IMG/VR virus record: IMGVR_UViG_3300022177_000066 | Span: 1-42,974 of that record | Strand: one strand, 5' to 3' | DNA from: a virus | Lineage: Duplodnaviria > Caudoviricetes | DNA: 42,974 nucleotides | Shown: positions 35,340 to 42,974 of the stretch, one piece after another | Numbering within the stretch: position 1 is the stretch's first letter | Layout: each line of letters starts with the position of its first letter | Notes under the pieces: model-generated | What the model saw: only the letters and a program-made list of their open reading frames with translations | What the model was told of the DNA's origin: nothing | The model's database searches: none | Position numbers and translations under genes: made by a program

Positions 35340-35960
35340 TTATGCCCCGGCCTTCTCTAATCTTGCACACAAGGCATCGTATTGCTCTTTTTTCATATCC
35401 TCAGCCTGCGTCACGCCGTAGTCTTTCAGCATGGCTTTCTTTACGTCTGCTATGTCGACTCCTGCATGCTTGGCAATGGCCCATAAGCGCGATACCTGCT
35501 TTTCTGAGAGCTTTTGCCCGTTGCCTTGACCGTTTGCTTGGCTCGCATTATTGTTCGCCTTAGAACCACCTTCTGCGGCGTTTCCGTCGTCGTCTTCTTC
35601 GCTTGCCACACCCAATACTGCCGAAAGCATATATCGCCGGCCATAGGTTATGGCGCTGCCGGCTCCCTGAGGTGATATCTTGTCAGCTTTGAGCACCAGC
35701 GGCTCACTTTCTATCCATTCGCCCGACTCGTGCATAAGTAGCGTTGTAATTGTTATTCTCTCCCCATCGCCTCCGCAACTCTGCATGTACGAAAGACCAT
35801 GCTTTGCCAATACCGGCTTAACAGTGTTAATTATTTCGTCTAGCGTTGCGTATTTGCTTCTAAAGTGCGGGTTGGTAGCTGTCTTTTTAGGTTGCGTTAC
35901 CTCGGCTTGGAATTTTGCCAGTGCTACCGCCAGATTTGTTATGTTTTCCGACTTATTCAC
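35340..35960 (-). CDS. ERF-family single-strand annealing protein
   Basis: NPHFRSKYATLD, HESGEWIES, QGAGSAITYGRRY.L...G...EEDDDG. Confidence 0.92.
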   Translation of the reverse strand: MNKSENITNLAVALAKFQAEVTQPKKTATNPHFRSKYATLDEIINTVKPVLAKHGLSYMQSCGGDGERITITTLLMHESGEWIESEPLVLKADKISPQGAGSAITYGRRYMLSAVLGVASEEDDDGNAAEGGSKANNNASQANGQGNGQKLSEKQVSRLWAIAKHAGVDIADVKKAMLKDYGVTQAEDMKKEQYDALCARLEKAGA

Positions 35961-35962
35961 GG

Positions 35963-36499
35963 CTACACCTCCACAGTCACACTTATACTCTCCACTTCCT
36001 CTATTGCTATTCCATCTACAACCTCGCCAGTCTCAGGAGCTACCACAGCGCCATTGTCAGCGACTTTGAATGCCTTCTTGATGGTTGCCTTGTCCAGTTC
36101 CTTCTTGACTCTCATAAGCCCATCCAATTCATTTTCTTCGATATATGCCATTACTCTTTCATCGTCATATATCCACTTCTTTGTTTTCCTGCTTGATACC
36201 TTGCCCCAAGGCGTGCTGAGCTTGAACTTCGGATCAGCTTCACGTTGTTCACGGTAGAAACTTTCCAGTATGCTCTGGAAGTAAGCCATATCACCTTCGA
36301 TACTTTTCAGCTCTCTGTCCTTCCATGCGTCTATTCTGTCTATCTCAGCCTGCGCTATGTCGTTGATTTCCATTTCTTTTTTATTGAGGGCCTGCAGCTT
36401 TCTGAAGGCCCAAGTAGCTCCGTTCATATCATTGATTTTGAAGCTCTCTTTTTCAAGTTGATTGACCTCTTGCAACTCTATTCTGTCCAGTGCGTTCAT
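35963..36499 (-). CDS. Mu Gam-like host-nuclease inhibitor
   Basis: ATWAFRKL..EIDRIDAW, LSTPWGKVSSRK, KELDKATIKK, ETGEVVDGI. Confidence 0.8.
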   Translation of the reverse strand: MNALDRIELQEVNQLEKESFKINDMNGATWAFRKLQALNKKEMEINDIAQAEIDRIDAWKDRELKSIEGDMAYFQSILESFYREQREADPKFKLSTPWGKVSSRKTKKWIYDDERVMAYIEENELDGLMRVKKELDKATIKKAFKVADNGAVVAPETGEVVDGIAIEEVESISVTVEV

Positions 36500-36805
36500 C
36501 TATACCGCCTCCTTAATTTCGTCTGCTTCTCTTACCTCTACGTCATATCTTGCCAGCAACTCTGGCTCTGTATAAGCGGCCTTGAACTCTATGCCGTCCA
36601 CTATGCAGCTGAACCAGTGTGGATGGAACGCCTCTGCGTTGTGGCTATATTCCGTTGGATATCCGGCTGATACCTGCTCAAATGTTTCATTTTGCAATAT
36701 GAGATATGCCCTGCCATCCCATGTGATATTTGCCGATATGACTCCTTCCTCAGCTACTGCCTTATCATGGGCCGATTTCATTTGCTTTGCGTATTCAATC
36801 ATCAT
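36500..36805 (-). CDS. Hypothetical protein
   Basis: RBS GGAGGTG before ATG 36805. Confidence 0.65.
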   Translation of the reverse strand: MMIEYAKQMKSAHDKAVAEEGVISANITWDGRAYLILQNETFEQVSAGYPTEYSHNAEAFHPHWFSCIVDGIEFKAAYTEPELLARYDVEVREADEIKEAV

Positions 36806-36822
36806 TTTCGCCACCTCCAAAA

Positions 36823-36890
36823 TGTGGTATAATTTAATTGAGTTTTTTTGTTAGTGCCCCTTTTTAGCCCTGCCAGGCTGAGGGGCTTTT
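36823..36890 (+). ncRNA. Putative small antisense RNA with promoter and terminator inside the early operon
   Basis: TGTGgTATAAT (36823-36833) then GCCCC..AGCC/GGCT..GGGGC hairpin plus TTTT (36856-36890). Confidence 0.5.
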
Positions 36891-36978
36891 ATATTGCCAA
36901 GAGAAAACAGTACATTATGGCAAACATCGCTCCCGTTAGCATCATAAAGCCTAAGACTTCTCTGGCTCTTGTCCACAT
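36889..36978 (-). CDS. 29-aa hydrophobic peptide MWTRAREVLGFMMLTGAMFAIMYCFLLAI, not in ORF track
   Basis: Strong RBS GAGGAGGTG; single TM helix. Confidence 0.6.
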   Translation of the reverse strand: MWTRAREVLGFMMLTGAMFAIMYCFLLAI

Positions 36979-37136
36979 GCGCTCACCTCCTCTCTTGTGA
37001 TGCCGGGAATCGGTGAAACGAATATGCCGATATTGAGTGGTGTTTCTTTCAGAGCTTTATCGAGCTGCTCTTCTGTGTAGATTCCGTATTCGTGGAGCTC
37101 TTTCCACAGGGTGTCTACTTGTTCTTTGATAGTCAT
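36951..37136 (-). CDS. Hypothetical protein
   Basis: RBS AGGAGGTG; YGIYTEEQLDKAL..LNIGIFV motif. Confidence 0.7.
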   Translation of the reverse strand: MTIKEQVDTLWKELHEYGIYTEEQLDKALKETPLNIGIFVSPIPGITREEVSACGQEPEKS

Positions 37137-37147
37137 TTCGTCACCTC

Positions 37148-37555
37148 CTATTCTTCCGTTTCAGCAAAACTCAACGTGAACCATTCCCCCTCTTGGAACA
37201 CCAGCTCATGGAACTCTCCATCTTTCTCAATCTCTATAATCAAACAATCACTTGTCATGCCGCTTTCGGGATCGTTTGAGTCTGCATCCACAATGCCTAT
37301 TATTTTTCCGCCTCTTAAATGGCTTATTTCATCAGCACTATAGAACGGGTTGAGTTGTTTTGTGGGCCTGTCTATGGATACATTGATTTTCCCTAGCATC
37401 TCATTGAAGGCTGTTGTGAGAAGGTATTGGGCTTGCCACTTTTTTATGCTGTCGCCATCTCCATTTGTTAGTATTAGCTCTGCGGCGTTATTCATGGCTT
37501 CTAAAATTGCTATAGCTAAGTCATTGCCGTGTATCATTTTCTCGCTGTTTGTCAT
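37148..37555 (-). CDS. Hypothetical protein
   Basis: RBS GGGAGG; in operon. Confidence 0.65.
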   Translation of the reverse strand: MTNSEKMIHGNDLAIAILEAMNNAAELILTNGDGDSIKKWQAQYLLTTAFNEMLGKINVSIDRPTKQLNPFYSADEISHLRGGKIIGIVDADSNDPESGMTSDCLIIEIEKDGEFHELVFQEGEWFTLSFAETEE

Positions 37556-37557
37556 TG

Positions 37558-37824
37558 TTAATTCCTCCCTATGTTGTACTTGTTTTCAATAAGCCTTTCG
37601 ATTTCATTGTCTACTAGCTTGAACAGCAACCCTTCCTTTGATTCGCCCATTGCTCTGGCTTTGTTGATTATGGCTTGCACTTCGCCCGTAGGCATTGGTG
37701 GGTCACTGAGGAAGCTGAGGTCGAATAAGTAATTGAACTCCTCTGACGCTTGAAAACAAAACTCTAGTTCTCCATTACTCCTTATAAATTCAGCCAGTTT
37801 CTTGATTTCTTGTTTAGTTAGCAT
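37558..37824 (-). CDS. Hypothetical protein
   Basis: RBS AGGAGGG; overlaps the antirepressor stop. Confidence 0.65.
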   Translation of the reverse strand: MLTKQEIKKLAEFIRSNGELEFCFQASEEFNYLFDLSFLSDPPMPTGEVQAIINKARAMGESKEGLLFKLVDNEIERLIENKYNIGRN

Positions 37825-38572
37825 CGAGCCCTCCTATAAGCAACCTAAATGTCTCCCTTCCCTTCGGCGTTATGAGTGTTTGCACTCCAGCCCATTTAGT
37901 CTTTTCGTTAATGCATTCCTTCAAGTCAAAAAGTCCGTTGTTTTTATCCGCATAAGGCATTAGCTTACCCTTCTTATCTCTAAAAACATATTTCCGCTCT
38001 ATTAAAAATCCTATGAACTCACTCTCTTTTACCTTTAGGGCTTTTGCTGTTTCCCTAAAGTTGGTAAGAAGGTTTCTATCTACCAATTCGTCAAAATAGT
38101 CTGCCTTAGGCTGCATTATTTGATTGCTAACTTTTAGGTGTGAGTTTTCAGCTTGCAAGTGCAGGTTTTTCATTTTTTCTTCTTTCAGCGTTGTTGCAAG
38201 TTGGATTAAAACATCTGGATTCAAAAGAGCTTCCTCAATTTTTTGTTGCGTCATATATGCCCCATGCTTACGGATTGTCGGAAGCACATCGTCAAAAACC
38301 CACCGCTCGAATTTTTCTGCCGAAGGAAGTTTTGACTTAACTATCAATCGATATAAATCACCCTCGGGGATAAAATTGATTTCTTGCTTACCGCCACCCG
38401 TAAGGACCTCGTGTTTCACGACCCCCTTCGCATGCCTATTGATAGCATCATGCGGATTCGAGTACCCAAGCATAACAGCGCACTCGGTAGCTGGAAAATA
38501 TTCTTTTTCGCTTACAATCAGAATTCCCAACTCTCCAAATTCTGAATTTCGAAATATCTGCAAATTATTCAT
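37814..38572 (-). CDS. Phage antirepressor, Bro-N plus KilAC (ANT) domains
   Basis: LQIFRNSEFG, LGYSNP, IPEGDLYRLI..SKLPSAEKFERWV..VLPTIRKHGAY, PKADYFD, QTLITPKG. Confidence 0.92.
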   Translation of the reverse strand: MNNLQIFRNSEFGELGILIVSEKEYFPATECAVMLGYSNPHDAINRHAKGVVKHEVLTGGGKQEINFIPEGDLYRLIVKSKLPSAEKFERWVFDDVLPTIRKHGAYMTQQKIEEALLNPDVLIQLATTLKEEKMKNLHLQAENSHLKVSNQIMQPKADYFDELVDRNLLTNFRETAKALKVKESEFIGFLIERKYVFRDKKGKLMPYADKNNGLFDLKECINEKTKWAGVQTLITPKGRETFRLLIGGLDAN

Positions 38573-38598
38573 GTTTAACCGCCTTTCTGGGTATAAAT

Positions 38599-38823
38599 TT
38601 AATGTAACTCAGAATCACTCAACATTTCGTTGTTTGTTTCATCAAAAAAAATTTCATCCACAGTGACTTCAAGGATATCGGCTATTTTTTTTGCAAGTTT
38701 AAACCCTGGATTTCTCGCTCCGGTTTCAATCATAGAATAGTAATTCTTATTAATCCCAAGCAATTCAGAGAATTCTTGTTGGTTGTAGCCTTTTTTAATT
38801 CTTGCGATTTTTAGATTAATCAT
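38599..38823 (-). CDS. Cro-like XRE regulator
   Basis: NLKIARIKKGYNQQEFSELLGINKNYYSMIETGARNP; divergent from CI. Confidence 0.9.
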   Translation of the reverse strand: MINLKIARIKKGYNQQEFSELLGINKNYYSMIETGARNPGFKLAKKIADILEVTVDEIFFDETNNEMLSDSELH

Positions 38824-38842
38824 TTTTTCACCGCCTTTCAAT

Positions 38843-38967
38843 TAACGTTTTGTTGTTTCTGTATCTAAAGTATATCTAACGTTTCGTTGTTTGTCAATCA
38901 ATTTGTTGAAAATAATTAACTTTTTGTTGGGTTATGTTTAAAAGGAGATAACGATATGTTACAATTA
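38843..38967. promoter_or_regulatory. Main lysis/lysogeny switch: leftward promoter and AAC-N5-GTT operators
   Basis: Minus TTGACA-17-TATACT (38897-38869); operators at 38844, 38878, 38918 and 38950, plus a distal copy at 38621. Confidence 0.8.
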
Positions 38968-39363
38968 CAAGTAAAACCAACGATTGGTGGGATGAATTTG
39001 TTTGGAGATAGGCTGAGACAATTAAGAGAAAACAAACAGATGTATCAGAAAGATTTAGCAAAAATACTCGGCGTATCAGCAGGAGCAATCGGGATGTACG
39101 AAACAAATAAAAGGGCCCCCGATTTTGAAACGCTCAACAAAATTGCCGATTACTTCGATGTTACGGTAGATTATTTACTTGGAAGAACTAACGATAAGGA
39201 GATTAAAGTGTACGACAAAGACCAAATACCAGAGAAATTCAAAAATTTAGGGCTTGAGTATATTGAAATTGCAAAAGAATTGGAATTGAGTGATATATCT
39301 GTTGAAGAAATGAAAAAATTTATAGAGCTTATGAAAATAGCTAAAAAGAAAGAGCAGGAATAA
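38956..39363 (+). CDS. CI-like XRE repressor without S24 autopeptidase domain
   Basis: FGDRLRQLRE..YQKDLAKILGVSAGAIGMYE..RAPD..IADYFDVTVDYLLGRT; alternative start 38992. Confidence 0.9.
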   Translation: MLQLQVKPTIGGMNLFGDRLRQLRENKQMYQKDLAKILGVSAGAIGMYETNKRAPDFETLNKIADYFDVTVDYLLGRTNDKEIKVYDKDQIPEKFKNLGLEYIEIAKELELSDISVEEMKKFIELMKIAKKKEQE

Positions 39364-39386
39364 GTTTTTACTTACCCTGCTCTTTT
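39349..39386. terminator. Bidirectional terminator after CI
   Basis: AAAGAGCAGG...CCTGCTCTTT inverted repeat. Confidence 0.75.
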
Positions 39387-39496
39387 CTATAGTCTTGATT
39401 CTCGTATGTATCGCCAGTAACAGTGCATTTCTTTATGTATTGCGATATGTTTGAGTCTGGTTTTTCCCTATCGAGCATCTCTTTTTCTTCGCTCAT
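39368..39496 (-). CDS. Small ORF (42 aa, MSEEKEMLDREKP...) convergent on CI, not in ORF track
   Basis: RBS AGGAGGGG and extended -10 TGATATAAT (39533-39525) on the minus strand. Confidence 0.5.
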   Translation of the reverse strand: MSEEKEMLDREKPDSNISQYIKKCTVTGDTYENQDYRKEQGK

Positions 39497-39558
39497 AAGT
39501 CCCCTCCTGATGTGTTATGTATCTATTATATCATACCTTTAGTGGTGAATAACAAAAG

Positions 39559-39581
39559 TGATAGAATCGAACACCTGTTTG
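39559..39581 (+). promoter_or_regulatory. Extended -10 promoter overlapped by a LexA (SOS) box
   Basis: TGATAGAAT immediately followed by CGAAC-ACCT-GTTTG (39568-39581), matching the Firmicute GAAC-N4-GTTY pattern. Confidence 0.65.
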
Positions 39582-39710
39582 TTTTATTGTACCGCTATTG
39601 CACATGGAAATCAATAGTAAAAACTGCCACGTTTAAAATTGGGGCTGGTTGGTATATATGGAATGGATATTATATGTATTCACAAATTACATAAAAGGAG
39701 ATTTGATTCC

Positions 39711-41204
39711 ATGAAGATTAACGATGGTAATTATGTGCCGCCCCAAAACCCCAAGCCCAAGAAATCTAAAATGAAAGGCTGGGGAATATTTTTAATTGTT
39801 ATTGGTGTACCAGGATTATTTTCCGAAAATGTTTCAGGGGCCTTATTATTTATTGTTCTAGGTTTAATCTTATATTTCTATGGTAGGCAGGCCAACGGCG
39901 AACCCTCTATATTTTCCAGCTTCATAAAATTAGATGAAATGAAAAAAAGAATGACAGATCTAGAACAGGAAAGCAATCAACTAAGATCCGAAAACGAACA
40001 GCTCAAGCAAATACATCTTACAGAAGAACAAACACAGTACATAGATTTGAAAAATGAAATCGACAGTCTTCTGAGTGAGAAAAACAGTTTATCAAGTGAT
40101 TTATCAAGCCTCTTGATGCAAAAGGACTCATTAGACAAAGATATTGTGCATCTCGAGGAAGAGCAACTACTGCAATCTTTTGGTTTCTACGAAACCCGAT
40201 ACGATTTAGAAAATTCAGATGCCTATAAAGTTAAACTAGATGACATTAGAAATGAACAGAAAGAAATGATTAAAACGAATAAGGCGGCTTCTTTCTACAG
40301 TGGCTGGGAAGTAAACGGCAGCAAAAAAGAAGGGCTGCAAATGACAAAAGACAATGTCAAACTCGCTATTAGGTCTTTCAATAACGAATGTGATGCATGC
40401 ATGACCAAAGTCAAATTTAATAATATTGAGGCCTTGGAAAAACGAATTATCAAATCATTTGAAACGCTGAATAAGTTAAATGAACGGGCTAAAGTGTCCA
40501 TAACAAGACCGTATTTAAATAAGAAGCTCGAGGAGTTATATCTACTCTACGAATACCAAGTTAAAAAACGTGAAGAATGGGAGGAACAGCAACGGATTAA
40601 AGAAGATATGAGAGAAGAGCAACGAGCTCTGCGAGAGATAGAGGCTGCAAAAGCGAAAATAGAAAAAGAGGAACAACATTTTAATCAAGCTATAGAAGCT
40701 TTAAGATCAAAGCTCGATGAAGCTCTTGATGCTGACAAACTAAAGCTTGAAGATAAAATCAAGGAATTGGAAAGAAAATTGGCCCTTGTCGAGAAGGACA
40801 AGCAAGATGTCTTTAATAGAGAGCAAAACACACGAGCTGGCTATGTATACATAATTTCAAACCTGGGTTCATTTGGTGAGGATGTTTATAAGATAGGTAT
40901 GACCAGAAGGCTTGAACCTATGGACCGAGTAAAGGAACTTGGAGACGCATCTGTTCCATTCACTTTCGATGTACACGCCATGATATTTAGTGAGGACGCA
41001 CCCTCTTTAGAAAATGCCCTACATAACCATTTCAACCATAGAAGGGTGAACCAAGTTAATCCAAGAAAGGAATTTTTCAAAGTTAATTTGCACGAAATAG
41101 AGCGAGTTGTTAAAGAGCATCACAACAAAGTCGTTGAGTTTACAAAATTAGCCGAGGCTGAGGAATACAGAATCAGCCTTAAAAAATCACAGGTGCATCA
41201 ATAG
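39711..41204 (+). CDS. Membrane-anchored DUF4041 protein with C-terminal T5orf172/GIY-YIG-like domain
   Basis: Two N-terminal TM helices, long coiled coil, RSFNNECD, RAGYVYIISNLGSFGEDVYKIGMTRRLEP.DRV.ELGDASVPF.FDVH..RKEFF; RBS AAGGAG. Confidence 0.85.
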   Translation: MKINDGNYVPPQNPKPKKSKMKGWGIFLIVIGVPGLFSENVSGALLFIVLGLILYFYGRQANGEPSIFSSFIKLDEMKKRMTDLEQESNQLRSENEQLKQIHLTEEQTQYIDLKNEIDSLLSEKNSLSSDLSSLLMQKDSLDKDIVHLEEEQLLQSFGFYETRYDLENSDAYKVKLDDIRNEQKEMIKTNKAASFYSGWEVNGSKKEGLQMTKDNVKLAIRSFNNECDACMTKVKFNNIEALEKRIIKSFETLNKLNERAKVSITRPYLNKKLEELYLLYEYQVKKREEWEEQQRIKEDMREEQRALREIEAAKAKIEKEEQHFNQAIEALRSKLDEALDADKLKLEDKIKELERKLALVEKDKQDVFNREQNTRAGYVYIISNLGSFGEDVYKIGMTRRLEPMDRVKELGDASVPFTFDVHAMIFSEDAPSLENALHNHFNHRRVNQVNPRKEFFKVNLHEIERVVKEHHNKVVEFTKLAEAEEYRISLKKSQVHQ

Positions 41205-41212
41205 GTTAATCC

Positions 41213-41241
41213 AAAGAGCGAATACCGCTCTTTTTCTTTTT
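41213..41241 (+). terminator. Intrinsic terminator before the integrase
   Basis: AAAGAGCG-aatac-CGCTCTTT followed by a T-run. Confidence 0.75.
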
Positions 41242-41279
41242 GTCAAAAAAGCTATAATAATATGCAGGAGGTGTAAGTT

Positions 41280-42974
41280 ATGAAAGCAGCACTTTATGTA
41301 AGAGTGTCCACGCATTACCAAGTGGATAAAGACTCCCTGCCCTTCCAGAGACAGGAGCTTGTCAACTATGCAAAGTACGTGCTCGGTATAGACGACTATG
41401 AGATATTCGAGGATGCTGGATATTCCGGCAAGAATACAGATAGGCCTAAATTCCAGGAGATGATATCTAGGATTCGTGCTGGCGAGTTCACGCATATGCT
41501 TGTCTGGAAGATAGACAGGATATCGAGAAACCTTCTGGACTTTACAAAGATGTATGAAGAGCTCAAGAAATGCAATGTGGTTTTCATTTCTAAGAACGAA
41601 CAGTTCGATACATCCAGCGCCATGGGTGAAGCGATGCTCAAAATCATCCTCATTTTCGCTGAGCTGGAACGTAAGCTCACAGGTGAGCGTGTATACTCCA
41701 TCATGCTTTCAAGAGCTGAAAAAGGCCTTTGGAACGGCGCACCGGTGCCTCTTGGGTACACATGGGTTGAGGACGAAGAAACTAAATTCCCTGCCGTGTG
41801 TCCGGATGAGGCGAAGACTGTCAAATTCATATATGATTCCTATGAAGAATTGCGCTCTACAAGTGAGGTTAAGCACAGACTTGAGCTACACAATATAAGC
41901 ACTAAAAAGGGCCGTACATGGACCACTAAGACGATTGCAGACATACTCAGGAACCCTTTCTATGTCGGCACATACAGATACAACTATAGGGAGTCGGCTC
42001 GGGGCAAAATAAAGCCTGAGAAGGAATGGATTGTGGTTGAGGATAATCACGAAGCCATAATATCAAAAGAGCAGCAGGAAAGAGTCTGCAGCATACTCGA
42101 CTCGAATTTCTGTGGCAAAAACGTTATTAGGACTCAGCATGTACATGTATTCGTTCAGCTTCTGCATTGTGAGAAGTGCGGAAGGAACCTTATATCCACA
42201 ATAGACAGCCCTAGGAAAAACGGATACAGGCCGTCCCTGTATAGATGCTACACATACGTGAACAGCAAGAAAGAGCATAGGACGTGCAAATGCGCTATCA
42301 GCGAAGCAGCACTCGGAAACTTTGTGCTGAACTATATAGCGAATATGGTCAGGGCTCATGACGAAGCGAAGGCTACTGGCAAGACAAACAAAATAGAAAG
42401 GCTTCTATTGCGCGGAGATAACTTCAAAGACATAGCTGGCATACACAAGGAAGACCTCCAGCACATCCACAAGGCTTTTGTCAGCACATCAGATATACTA
42501 TTTGACAAGATTGAAATTGAGGATGAGTCGAAAACTGTCGAGAAGGACTTCGCCATCGACACACTGAAGGAAGAAAAGAAGAAATACGAAAGGGCCATGC
42601 AAAGACTTGAGGATCTATATCTGTTTTCGGATGATGCCATGTCAGAGAAGGACTACCTGGTAAGAAAACATGACCTCACCGCCAAGATTGAAAGTGCAAG
42701 CAAAAAAATAAAGGACAGGTCCGTCGAATACTCGAAGAACCTGCCCGGTCACGATTTGAGTTTCATTAAGAGAGCTTCCCAGTATCTCTTGACTCAAAAT
42801 CTGTTGAAAATAAAACATATTGATTACAACAAGGTTGTAACGTCTATAGATAAGCAGCTGCTTAAGGATTTTATGCAAAGTGTCGTCAGCAGAATTACAG
42901 TTCGGGAGAACAAACAAATAGCATCAATAGAGTTCACAAACGGCATGAAACATAGATTTATTTACAGGGGTTAG
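41280..42974 (+). CDS. Large serine recombinase (integrase)
   Basis: YVRVST catalytic Ser, DAGYSGKNTDRP, DRISRN, recombinase domain ILRNPFYVG, Zn ribbon CEKCG, coiled coil. Confidence 0.95.
   Translation: MKAALYVRVSTHYQVDKDSLPFQRQELVNYAKYVLGIDDYEIFEDAGYSGKNTDRPKFQEMISRIRAGEFTHMLVWKIDRISRNLLDFTKMYEELKKCNVVFISKNEQFDTSSAMGEAMLKIILIFAELERKLTGERVYSIMLSRAEKGLWNGAPVPLGYTWVEDEETKFPAVCPDEAKTVKFIYDSYEELRSTSEVKHRLELHNISTKKGRTWTTKTIADILRNPFYVGTYRYNYRESARGKIKPEKEWIVVEDNHEAIISKEQQERVCSILDSNFCGKNVIRTQHVHVFVQLLHCEKCGRNLISTIDSPRKNGYRPSLYRCYTYVNSKKEHRTCKCAISEAALGNFVLNYIANMVRAHDEAKATGKTNKIERLLLRGDNFKDIAGIHKEDLQHIHKAFVSTSDILFDKIEIEDESKTVEKDFAIDTLKEEKKKYERAMQRLEDLYLFSDDAMSEKDYLVRKHDLTAKIESASKKIKDRSVEYSKNLPGHDLSFIKRASQYLLTQNLLKIKHIDYNKVVTSIDKQLLKDFMQSVVSRITVRENKQIASIEFTNGMKHRFIYRG

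Larger units (their letters stand above)
1..42974. mobile_element. Temperate siphovirus-like prophage (integrase at right end, lysis module at left end)
   Basis: Canonical order of integrase, immunity, replication, packaging, head, tail and lysis modules; no host housekeeping genes; exact att boundaries not found. Confidence 0.95.

Noticed and set aside
1367-42917. Numerous ORF-track entries antisense to or nested in real genes (e.g. 8544-9419 +, 16033-16713 +, 34572-35198 +)
   Set aside because: Shadow ORFs: no RBS or motifs, and fully overlapping well-supported genes

Overview
The window is essentially one complete temperate siphovirus-type prophage of a spore-forming Firmicute. A Clostridia-like host is inferred from gene families, GGAGG ribosome-binding sites, sigma-A promoters and Spo0A/LexA-like boxes. 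From right to left: a large serine integrase, a membrane-anchored DUF4041/T5orf172 gene, a CI/Cro switch and a Bro/KilAC antirepressor. Then come Gam/ERF recombination genes, an O-type initiator with iterons, a fused primase-helicase, SSB, RusA, a late activator and tRNA-Trp. The late genes follow: terminase, portal, MuF, scaffold, capsid, head-tail and tail genes, and a lysis module, with an HNH gene at the left end. Most notable: (1) a second complete repressor/Cro/antirepressor switch inside the tail operon, whose antirepressor leader appears to be an alternative-hairpin translational switch controlled by a small antisense RNA; (2) a MuF protein with a C-terminal toxin-like domain plus a candidate immunity gene; (3) a LexA-box-controlled nuclease gene beside a CI that lacks a self-cleavage domain; (4) a probable +1 UUU-CGU frameshift in the tail chaperone; (5) sporulation links (a Spo0A-box moron and a CsfB/Gin-like Zn finger); (6) a degenerate subtilisin in the lysis module; (7) many internal terminators in the late operon. 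All family calls come from motif recognition by eye with no database searches, and att sites were not located.
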